Shown here piece by piece: positions 17,241-25,004 of a stretch of DNA of 32,000 nt. The notes below the pieces were generated by a model. The model made no database searches and was not told the origin of the DNA. It saw only the letters and a program-made list of their open reading frames with translations. Numbering within the stretch: position 1 is the first letter of the stretch; every line of letters starts with the position of its first letter. Source of the DNA: Bellilinea caldifistulae (GTDB lineage: Bacteria > Chloroflexota > Anaerolineae > Anaerolineales > Anaerolineaceae); assembly GCF_001306055.1 (NCBI RefSeq), contig NZ_LGHJ01000009.1, positions 30,001 through 62,000 on the forward strand, written 5' to 3'. The position numbers were made by a program, and so were the translations under genes.

Positions 17241-18521
17241 ATGGACGTCGGATTAATATTCAGTATCGTTCCTCGTTTACTACCTACATTTATGCTGGGG
17301 TTGGTTGCGCTCATAGGGTTATTATTGCAACGCAAAACCTTAAGCGAAGTCATTGCCGGCACGATTAAAACGATGGCGGGAGTTATCATCTTATTCTCCG
17401 CAGTGGATCTCCTGGTTGGGGTTATCTCACCTATCTCAACCATGTTTGGTAAGGTGTATGCTTTCCAGGGAGAGCCCATCAGCGTAGATTGGACAGCTTT
17501 TTTAAGCGAATACGGGATTCCCGTTGTGTTGGTGATGGTATTTGGTTTTTTTGTTAACATCGTGCTTGCGAGGCTAACCAAACTAAAATATGTCTTCCTG
17601 ACCGGACACATCATGTTTTGGAATGCCTTTATGGTAGTAGCCGCATTAGCCGATGCCGGGAAAATTAAGGGCGTAGCATTGATTGTTCTAGGAAGCTTGA
17701 TACAGGGGATCCTATCTACAATTTTGCCTGCCTTGATCGCTCCCTTTGTCTTCAAATTAACTGGAACAAAGGATTTCACAATTGGCCATACAACCACTAT
17801 TCTGGCCGTCATTGGAGCCTGGCTAGGAAAATTGGTTGGTGATCCATCCAAGTCCACCGAAGATTTGAAAATCTCCGATAATTGGAGTTTTCTCAAATCA
17901 ATGACAATTTCAACCTCGCTGATAATGTTTTTACTGTACCTCGTAATGGGCTTCATTGCTGGCCCAGCATGGGCAGCCGAAACTTTCTCGGGCGGTTCTC
18001 AACCAATCTGGTATCTTTGGATTATTTACCAGGGTATTCTTTTTGGTGCTTCCTTAACCATTTTGCTCACTGGTGTTCGTCTAATGTTAGCGGAGATTGT
18101 GCCAGCGTTCCATGGGATTGCCAAAAAGGTTGTCCCTGATGCCATACCAGCATTAGATTGCCCGATGGTATTTCCATACGCACAAAACGCCCTCGCAATT
18201 GGTTTCCCGATTGCGATGATTACCTCACTAATCACGCTGGTCATCTTTGGGGCAATTGGGTATCGTTATGTTTTGTTGCCATTGGTGGTTGCCGCTTTCT
18301 TCGATGTAGGACCGGCTGCCGTACTTGCAAATGCGACGGGTGGAAGGCGAGGAGCAATCGTTGCATCTGCTGTTGGAGGCGTGATGCTAATAGTCCTTCA
18401 AGCGCTTTCGTTGCCATTTGTAGCAAATACCGCTGCGGGTTTTATCAATGCGTTTGGAGGAAATGATTTCTCCGTTATTGCGATTGTTGTAGGTGGAATA
18501 GCCCGCTTACTTGGTTTTTAG
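17241..18521 (+). CDS. ulaA: PTS EIIC component, L-ascorbate family (UlaA/SgaT-like)
   Basis: Polytopic membrane protein collinear with UlaA: TIKTMAGVIIL, FLTGHIMFWNA, FTIGHTTT, STEDLKISDNWSFLKSMTIS, GVRLMLAEIVPAFHGIAKKVVPDAIPALDC. AAGGAG RBS. The symbol is family-level only. Confidence 0.9.
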   Translation: MDVGLIFSIVPRLLPTFMLGLVALIGLLLQRKTLSEVIAGTIKTMAGVIILFSAVDLLVGVISPISTMFGKVYAFQGEPISVDWTAFLSEYGIPVVLVMVFGFFVNIVLARLTKLKYVFLTGHIMFWNAFMVVAALADAGKIKGVALIVLGSLIQGILSTILPALIAPFVFKLTGTKDFTIGHTTTILAVIGAWLGKLVGDPSKSTEDLKISDNWSFLKSMTISTSLIMFLLYLVMGFIAGPAWAAETFSGGSQPIWYLWIIYQGILFGASLTILLTGVRLMLAEIVPAFHGIAKKVVPDAIPALDCPMVFPYAQNALAIGFPIAMITSLITLVIFGAIGYRYVLLPLVVAAFFDVGPAAVLANATGGRRGAIVASAVGGVMLIVLQALSLPFVANTAAGFINAFGGNDFSVIAIVVGGIARLLGF

Positions 18522-18537
18522 AGGGTTCCGAATTCTG

Positions 18538-18571
18538 GTCTCCTAATCGGTAATATTACCGATTAGGAGAC
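18538..18571. repeat. 34-nt perfect inverted repeat in the EIIC-epimerase intergenic spacer
   Basis: GTCTCCTAATCGGTAAT / ATTACCGATTAGGAGAC: 17-nt arms, no mismatches, no trailing T-tract. It lies 17 nt after the EIIC stop and 24 nt before the next ATG. Confidence 0.9.
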
Positions 18572-18594
18572 TACATAGGGATTAAGGAGAGAAG

Positions 18595-19440
18595 ATGTTG
18601 CCCGTTGGAATTCACCTTTCTTACTGGCAAGTTAACTGGCAAGACGATCTTCAACCGCTTATTGGTAAAGCCAAGTCGGCTGGCTTTGATGTTGCTGAGT
18701 TTCCTATATTAGAACCGCGTAAGTTGAACCTCAAAAATCTCCGCCGAACCCTTGATCATGAGGGAATGTTGGCATCCTGTGGGACTGGACTGGATACCAA
18801 GCGTGATATATCGAGTCCTGATCTCTCCATCCGGCAGGCGGGTGTTTCTCATTTGCGAGCCTGCATAGAATCTGCAGCCATATTAGGAAGCCCGGTTTTA
18901 GGCGGCGTGATTTATACTGCTTGGGGAGATATACCACCAAAAGATCGTAAACTGCGGCGCGCTTATGCAATTGAAAATCTTCAAATAGCAGCAATGATCG
19001 CAGAAGAGTACGGTGTGTATTTGTGCCTTGAAGTATTGAATCGATTTGAAGGGTGGTTGATTAACACTGTGGAAGAAGGGCTGGAATTGTTAGCAGAGGT
19101 AAACAGTCCATTTGTTAAGTTGCATTTAGATACTTTTCACCTAAATATTGAAGAAGACGATATTGCTTCATCCATTCGGCATGCCGGAGAGAATCTTGGT
19201 CATTTTCATTGCGTTGAGAACAATCGCAAAGTTCCCGGTCGTGGTCATATTCCTTGGGGACAGGTTAGAGATGCTTTAAGAGAAATCGGTTATTCCGGGT
19301 ATTTGGTGACGGAAGCATTTGTAAATCCATCTGGTGAAGTAGGTAATGCATTGTTCATATGGCGTTCACTGGCAGATGATCCTGATCTAGAAGCACGCTC
19401 GGCAGCTGAATTTCTCAAGCGCGAGGTTGCCAATGTATAG
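18595..19440 (+). CDS. Ketose 3-epimerase family protein (D-psicose/D-tagatose 3-epimerase-like, xylose-isomerase-like TIM barrel)
   Basis: Metal and catalytic motifs shared with DPEase/DTEase: LEVLNRFE, LDTFHLNIEE, GHFH, VTEAF. 281 aa. AAGGAG RBS. Confidence 0.7.
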   Translation: MLPVGIHLSYWQVNWQDDLQPLIGKAKSAGFDVAEFPILEPRKLNLKNLRRTLDHEGMLASCGTGLDTKRDISSPDLSIRQAGVSHLRACIESAAILGSPVLGGVIYTAWGDIPPKDRKLRRAYAIENLQIAAMIAEEYGVYLCLEVLNRFEGWLINTVEEGLELLAEVNSPFVKLHLDTFHLNIEEDDIASSIRHAGENLGHFHCVENNRKVPGRGHIPWGQVRDALREIGYSGYLVTEAFVNPSGEVGNALFIWRSLADDPDLEARSAAEFLKREVANV

Positions 19441-21121
19441 CCTCTATGAGTTACGTCTATGGTTCAAACTCCTGGCAGCAAAATTTCAACAACAACAAGA
19501 TTATCTGAACCAATTAGATCAGGCTATCGGGGATGGTGATCATGGCTTCACCCTTGCCAGAGCATTTGCCTCTGCCAACTACGAGATCGAAAAATCCGTA
19601 CCAACCGACCTCGGCATTTTTCTTGATGTGGTTGCCAGTGCAGTTGCTGAAAACGGTGGTGGTGCGATTGGGCCTTTATTAGCGGCTTTTTTTGCAGAAG
19701 GTGGCACGTTGTTTAGAAATCGCACATTTTGGGACATTGTTGATCTGCAAAACTTTTTTGAGCGGGGTGCAAATGCAATTAGCGAATTAGGGGGGGCTAA
19801 GGCTGGCCAGAAAACCTTATTGGATGCTTTGTTACCAGCGGTGCGGGCTTTGAAGGAAAGTCAATTCGACAAAGAGCCGGTTATGGTTGTAAAAAATGCT
19901 CTTGAGGCAGCTTACCGGGGTAGTGAAGCTACTCGCCAGATGGTGGCAACATTTGGTAGAGCTGCTTTCCTAGGAGAACGTTCTATCGGACATCCGGATC
20001 CAGGCGCGATGTCCTTTGTACTCATTATGCAATGTTTATTTGATGCTTTGAATGGCAAACAAGATGAAATTTTGATCACTGATGATACAACAGAGGAAGA
20101 TTTTATTCCACCGGGTAAATTTATCAATCGCCCTGAACATATGATCGCCGAGGATAATCAAGGATTAGCAATGGCCTACCCTGGAATTGTTGAATACCTT
20201 GAGGAAGGGATTTTGGTGAGAAAAAAACCCAAAGCTGAAGGGAAGGTAGGGTTGACAATTGGGCATGGTGGTGGTCATACCCCGTCAATGGGAGGTTTGG
20301 TAGGAGTTGGTCTTTTGGATACCGATGTGTATGGCCCCCTCTTTACCTGTGCTTCAGGAATTAAAATTGCCCGTGCTATTCAGCTGGCGGATCGCCATGC
20401 TGGAGTTGTTTTATTAGTTTCCAATCACAGCGGGGACGTATTAAATGCGCGTATGGCGTTAAGGCGGGCTGCTGAATGGGGAATTGATGTAAAACCAGTT
20501 TATTTAGGGGATGATGTCGCTACTGCTCCACGTTCCGAGATCCATAAGCGGCGTGGTTTAGGAGGATTGTTGTTTGCTCTCAAGATTGGTGGGGCAGCTG
20601 CAGAGATGGGACAGCCAATTAATGAAGTCGTTCGATTGATGGAAAAGGCCAACCTGCATACGGCAACATTGGCGATCGCGACCCGGCCACCAACTCATCC
20701 CGTCAGTGGAAAACCCTTATTCGAACTTCAAAAAGGACAAATGGAGATTGGAACCGGTGTCCATGGGGAAGTAGGCGTTTATCGAGGGCCTATCCTACCG
20801 GCTGAGCAGGTGGTTGAAGTTGTGATCAATCGCTTATTAGATGATTTAGCCGGCTTGCTTCAGAGAAAAGTTTTGGTTTTTTTGAATGGGGCCGGTGGGA
20901 CTTCACATATGGAGTTAAATATTCTCTACCGAAATACTTATTTATTCTTAAAGGATAAAGGTGTTCAGATTGCTGGGGCGGTGGTGGAATCGCTCTTTAC
21001 CACCCTAGAAATGGGGGGGGTCTCATTTTCCCTTTTGGCTATAGATGATGAAATGGAATATTGGTGGCAAAAACCAGCACTGTCAGCTCATTTCCGATGG
21101 CCTACGGATGTAATTTGCTAA
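19433..21121 (+). CDS. Dihydroxyacetone-kinase family protein, permuted fusion (N-terminal DhaL/Dak2, C-terminal DhaK/Dak1)
   Basis: The N-terminal ~200 aa carry DhaL motifs (LDQAIGDGDHG, GGGAIGPL, GQKTLLDALLPA, TFGRAAFLGERSIGHPDPGA). The C-terminal ~340 aa carry DhaK motifs (GLTIGHGGGHTP, SGDVLNA, YLGDDVA, RRGLGG, MEIGTGVHGE, LNGAGGTSHMEL). Start set at ATG 19433, after GAGG. Confidence 0.8.
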   Translation: MYSLYELRLWFKLLAAKFQQQQDYLNQLDQAIGDGDHGFTLARAFASANYEIEKSVPTDLGIFLDVVASAVAENGGGAIGPLLAAFFAEGGTLFRNRTFWDIVDLQNFFERGANAISELGGAKAGQKTLLDALLPAVRALKESQFDKEPVMVVKNALEAAYRGSEATRQMVATFGRAAFLGERSIGHPDPGAMSFVLIMQCLFDALNGKQDEILITDDTTEEDFIPPGKFINRPEHMIAEDNQGLAMAYPGIVEYLEEGILVRKKPKAEGKVGLTIGHGGGHTPSMGGLVGVGLLDTDVYGPLFTCASGIKIARAIQLADRHAGVVLLVSNHSGDVLNARMALRRAAEWGIDVKPVYLGDDVATAPRSEIHKRRGLGGLLFALKIGGAAAEMGQPINEVVRLMEKANLHTATLAIATRPPTHPVSGKPLFELQKGQMEIGTGVHGEVGVYRGPILPAEQVVEVVINRLLDDLAGLLQRKVLVFLNGAGGTSHMELNILYRNTYLFLKDKGVQIAGAVVESLFTTLEMGGVSFSLLAIDDEMEYWWQKPALSAHFRWPTDVIC

Positions 21122-21135
21122 TGATGGAGAACGAA

Positions 21136-22578
21136 ATGAAAACTATTCGAAATTTGAAGGTTGGATTGGTCGGAATGATGTGCACTCCATTTCGTGGAGA
21201 TAAAGAACATTATTTTTTGGAGGATTGGCAAACCCTTTTGGGATTACAGGAGGAATTGGGCTTTGAATTGAAAGTAATCGAAGAAGGTATCTACACAAAG
21301 GATGAGGCTCAACAATCTGCAACTAAGTTGGCTGAATGGGGTGCTGATTTCATCCTGGTACAATCCAGTTCTTTTGCTGCTGGTGAGTTTATTCAGCCAT
21401 TTGCTGCTACTAAAATTCGGTTGGGATTATGGGGTGTACCCGAAGGTGTACCTTCAAAAGAAGGTGGATTGCCATTAAATAGTTTTACAGGTGTTAATCT
21501 TTACAACAGTCTCTTGAGAACTAGATTGGGTTATCCTCATCCCATAAAGTGGTTCTTTGGTCGTGCTGAAAGCCCTACTTTCAGGGAACGGTTCAGTATC
21601 AGTATGCGTGCATTGCGAGCGCTTATCAATTTGCAGGGCAGCCGAATTGGCTTAGCCGGAGGTGTGGCACCCGGTTTTGATAACCTCATAATTAATCCCG
21701 AGGATTTAAAACGGAAACTTGGGGTAGAAATGGTCGAACTAAATTTTGAAAAAGTGCTGGAACGTGCCCAATTATTAAGAGATGATAAACGATTGGAGTC
21801 CGTAAAATCTTCCTTTCTAAAAGAAAACGTGCAATTTGATATCGGCTTGAATGAGCATTTGGAAAAATTATCTCGTTTGCAAATTGCATATTTGCAAATT
21901 GCCGAAGAGGAAGGAATTAATGCATTTGCAATTTCGTGCTGGCCGCGTTTTCAAGCCGATTATGGGGTGGCAGTGTGCAGCCTTCTCGGAGAATTGAATA
22001 CTCTTGGTGTTCCGGCGGCTTGTGAAGGCGATGTACCATCGGCAGTTTCGATGTTAGCGCTTTCGCTGATAAGTAGCGGTACCGTTAGAACCCTGATGGA
22101 TTTGGTCACCCTTGATCCGGCTGACGATAGTGTGCTTTTGTGGCATTGCGGCCCAACCTCGCCACTTCTGGCTGACCAACGAGGTGTAAGAATGGGTTCG
22201 TTATGGTTGTTTGATCAACAAGGAGGAACACCTATCGGATTGCATAATGATCTTACCTTGCAAGCAGGTAGGGTAACCGTAGGGGGTTTCACGGCTGATT
22301 TTGAAAAGGTATTGGTATTCCAAGGTGAAATTGATCCTCATAAGCCTTCCTATAGGGGTAGCAGAGGTTGGTTAAAGAACATTCAAATGCGAAAGAAGCC
22401 GCTCCGAGCGCTTGATCTTGCTGAGACGCTCCTTTCCAGTGGTTTTCAGCATCATTATCCAGTTATTTATGGAGAAGTAGAGGAGGCTTTTTTAGAAATG
22501 GCTGCATGGGCAAATATCCTTGAAATTAAACCTATTGAATACTCCACCCATCTCAAAGCACAGGGATTGCCATGTTAG
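21136..22578 (+). CDS. L-fucose/L-arabinose isomerase family protein (COG2407-like)
   Basis: About 480 aa with VGLVGMM..., ILVQSSSFAAGE, GVPAACEGDVPSAVSMLAL, LLWHCGP, typical of FucI/AraA-like sugar isomerases. Start chosen at ATG 21136, after GGAG. Confidence 0.55.
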   Translation: MKTIRNLKVGLVGMMCTPFRGDKEHYFLEDWQTLLGLQEELGFELKVIEEGIYTKDEAQQSATKLAEWGADFILVQSSSFAAGEFIQPFAATKIRLGLWGVPEGVPSKEGGLPLNSFTGVNLYNSLLRTRLGYPHPIKWFFGRAESPTFRERFSISMRALRALINLQGSRIGLAGGVAPGFDNLIINPEDLKRKLGVEMVELNFEKVLERAQLLRDDKRLESVKSSFLKENVQFDIGLNEHLEKLSRLQIAYLQIAEEEGINAFAISCWPRFQADYGVAVCSLLGELNTLGVPAACEGDVPSAVSMLALSLISSGTVRTLMDLVTLDPADDSVLLWHCGPTSPLLADQRGVRMGSLWLFDQQGGTPIGLHNDLTLQAGRVTVGGFTADFEKVLVFQGEIDPHKPSYRGSRGWLKNIQMRKKPLRALDLAETLLSSGFQHHYPVIYGEVEEAFLEMAAWANILEIKPIEYSTHLKAQGLPC

Positions 22579-23873
22579 TTTCCTTAAAGGAATTACTCGA
22601 AGACGCCGAAGTGGGTAATTATGCCGTTATTGCCCCGGATTTCCCCAATTTAGAAGTAGCGGATGCCTTGCTAAGTTGTGCTGAACAATATAACGCTCCT
22701 TTAGCATTAAGTTTCTCGCCATCGCTTAAGCCTTTTATCGGTTTATCAGATTTTAGTCATTTCATTCGGTTAGTCCGTGAAATGGCAGTGCAGGCGAACA
22801 TACCAGTAGCCTTACATCTTGATCATGCTCATACCATCAAAGAAATTGATGAGGCAATCCAATTGGGTTTTACTTCGGTAATGATTGATGCTAGTACTGA
22901 GCCTTGGGAGACCAATGTGGAACTCAGTAAAAAAGTGGTTGAAATGGCTCACCCATTGGGAATTTCCGTTGAAGCGGAATTGGGACATGTCGCCACAAGC
23001 GGACGTTACCTCAATGATGTTAGTCAGCATGGGTGGTTGACTGACCCTCAGGAAGCAGCGGCCTTTGTGCAATTAACTGGAATTGACGCCTTAGCGGTAG
23101 CGATTGGAACAGTTCATGGTTTATACGCGGGCGAGCCTAATCTGGAATTTGACCGATTACAAGCCATTCGAGAACGAGTTTTGATTCCACTTGTGTTGCA
23201 TGGTTCTTCTGGAACGGGTAAAGAAAAACTACACCGCTGCGTCGATCTAGGAATTCGAAAAATTAATGTTTATTCGGATTTGATCAAGACGATTGTTCAA
23301 AGTGCGCAAGAAGTACTTGCTCACCCAGAGGACGACCCTTTGAATTTTATGCAAGAACAGCGATACGCGATTTATCAGGTTTTAGGTGAGTATATAACAG
23401 TATCGGGCAGCGCTGCAAAGGCGGACAATTTCCGAAATTCTATTAAAAACCGCATTCGATCTCTTTTTTTACAAGGTTACACCTGCGCAGAGGCGATTTA
23501 TCTGGCTTTTGCCGAACGAGAAGGATTTTACTCGGATTATGCATTACAAATTCAAAGCTTGTTAGGTGGGGGTGTTTGCAATCAAGGAGGTATATGTGGT
23601 GCATTATTCGGTGGCCTAGCAGTAATTGCTGCGCGTCACTCCTCTATATTACCGACAGCACGTCTAAAGCGCAAAGAGGCAAATTTTTCCGGTGCCAAGT
23701 TGATCGAATCTTTTAAAGCCCGCCATTCTACGGTTCATTGCATTGACCTGACTGGTACTAACTTTTTGGATGCCGAACAAGTAAAGCAATTTGTGGAAAA
23801 TAAAGGGGTAGAAAGAACTTGCCTTCCTGTATTAATGTCTGTGGCGGATTCGTTATTGGAGAATTTGTCATGA
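22572..23873 (+). CDS. Class II fructose/tagatose-bisphosphate aldolase fused to a C_GCAxxG_C_C domain
   Basis: Residues about 1-285 carry aldolase motifs: VALHLDHAHT, SVMIDAS, VEAELGHV, AIGTVHGLY, LVLHGSSG. Residues about 300-433 carry the second domain: GYTCAEAIYLAFAE, GGGVCNQGGICGALFGG, HCIDL, CLPVL. It overlaps the upstream stop by 7 nt. Confidence 0.8.
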   Translation: MLVSLKELLEDAEVGNYAVIAPDFPNLEVADALLSCAEQYNAPLALSFSPSLKPFIGLSDFSHFIRLVREMAVQANIPVALHLDHAHTIKEIDEAIQLGFTSVMIDASTEPWETNVELSKKVVEMAHPLGISVEAELGHVATSGRYLNDVSQHGWLTDPQEAAAFVQLTGIDALAVAIGTVHGLYAGEPNLEFDRLQAIRERVLIPLVLHGSSGTGKEKLHRCVDLGIRKINVYSDLIKTIVQSAQEVLAHPEDDPLNFMQEQRYAIYQVLGEYITVSGSAAKADNFRNSIKNRIRSLFLQGYTCAEAIYLAFAEREGFYSDYALQIQSLLGGGVCNQGGICGALFGGLAVIAARHSSILPTARLKRKEANFSGAKLIESFKARHSTVHCIDLTGTNFLDAEQVKQFVENKGVERTCLPVLMSVADSLLENLS

Positions 23874-24718
23874 GGAAATATTTAGAATCTGATTTGAGAA
23901 AAATAAGACAAATTCGTTGTTTCTTATTGGACATGGATGGCACGGTCTTTCTAGGGAACCATTTATTGCCGGGTGCTGTGGAATTCATTGAATATTTAGA
24001 AAATGGGGGAATACCTTTTTACTTCCTAACCAATAATTCTTCGCGTTCCAAACGAGACTATGTTGATAAACTGAATAGAATGGGACTTTGCATCACTCAG
24101 GAACGGGTTTTTTCTTCTGGAGAAGCTACTGCGCTATATCTAAAAAAGACAATGCCATCAGCCAGATTGTTCATTGTAGGAACCGACTCTCTAATAGAGG
24201 AATTTAGACAATATGGCTTTGAGATTGATGAAAATCAACCCGAGGCGGTTGTTTTAGGTTTTGATACAACCCTGACCTATTCTAAGTTGTGGAAATTATG
24301 TAATTACGTTCGGCTTGGATTGCCGTATATTGCAACTCATCCCGATATCAATTGTCCAACAGAAAATGGTTCCATGCCGGACATTGGAGCGATGATCGCC
24401 TTTGTTCAGGCATCTACCACACGTTTGCCAGATGTGATCATTGGTAAGCCCAATCCTCCAATCGTTGAAATTGTTTCTGAAAAAAGTGGACTACCACTGG
24501 AAAATACTGCAATGATAGGAGATCGGTTGTATACGGATATCGCCTTAGGTAGGGCTGGGATCACCACTATTCTGGTGTTAACTGGAGAGACTAAATTAGA
24601 AGATGTAGAAGGATCACCATATAAACCGGATGTAATAGTCGAAAGTCTATTAGATTTATATAATTTTTTTGTACAAAACAATGGAGAAAAGAATGGTCTC
24701 AACCACCATCATGATTGA
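23870..24718 (+). CDS. HAD superfamily subfamily IIA sugar phosphatase (NagD-like)
   Basis: Motif I FLLDMDGTV, then LTNNSS, IGKPNP, GDRLYTDI. The ATG overlaps the aldolase stop (ATGA). Confidence 0.8.
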   Translation: MRKYLESDLRKIRQIRCFLLDMDGTVFLGNHLLPGAVEFIEYLENGGIPFYFLTNNSSRSKRDYVDKLNRMGLCITQERVFSSGEATALYLKKTMPSARLFIVGTDSLIEEFRQYGFEIDENQPEAVVLGFDTTLTYSKLWKLCNYVRLGLPYIATHPDINCPTENGSMPDIGAMIAFVQASTTRLPDVIIGKPNPPIVEIVSEKSGLPLENTAMIGDRLYTDIALGRAGITTILVLTGETKLEDVEGSPYKPDVIVESLLDLYNFFVQNNGEKNGLNHHHD

Positions 24719-24983
24719 TCACCCGGCCGGGTTGCATGCCCGCCCGGCGGCTCAGTTTGTCAAAACGGCGGCACGCTTTCCCTGCAAGATCAGTGTGCGT
24801 AAAATCAATTCCGAAAAACCGCCCGCCAACGCCAAAAGCCCCCTCAGCGTGCTGACGCTGGGGGTCAATCAGGGCGACAGTGTCGAAATCGTTGCTGAGG
24901 GCGAGCAGGCTCAGGAAGCAGTTGACGCGCTGGTTGAACTGGTGAAAAGCAATTTCGGCGAGCCGGCAGCCGCTCATTCCTGA
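24693..24983 (+). CDS. ptsH: Phosphocarrier protein HPr
   Basis: His-15 context HPAGLHARPAAQFV and a Ser-46-like region AKSPLSVLTLGV. GGAG lies 6 nt upstream of ATG 24693; ATG 24681 is an alternative start. It overlaps the HAD gene 3' end. Confidence 0.85.
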   Translation: MVSTTIMIDHPAGLHARPAAQFVKTAARFPCKISVRKINSEKPPANAKSPLSVLTLGVNQGDSVEIVAEGEQAQEAVDALVELVKSNFGEPAAAHS

Positions 24984-25004
24984 GGAAGAAAGGAAACTGC
25001 CCCC

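Noticed and set aside
17222-17956. 244-aa minus-strand ORF opposite the EIIC gene
   Set aside because: The sense frame aligns along its length with UlaA-family EIIC. The antisense product has no recognisable features.
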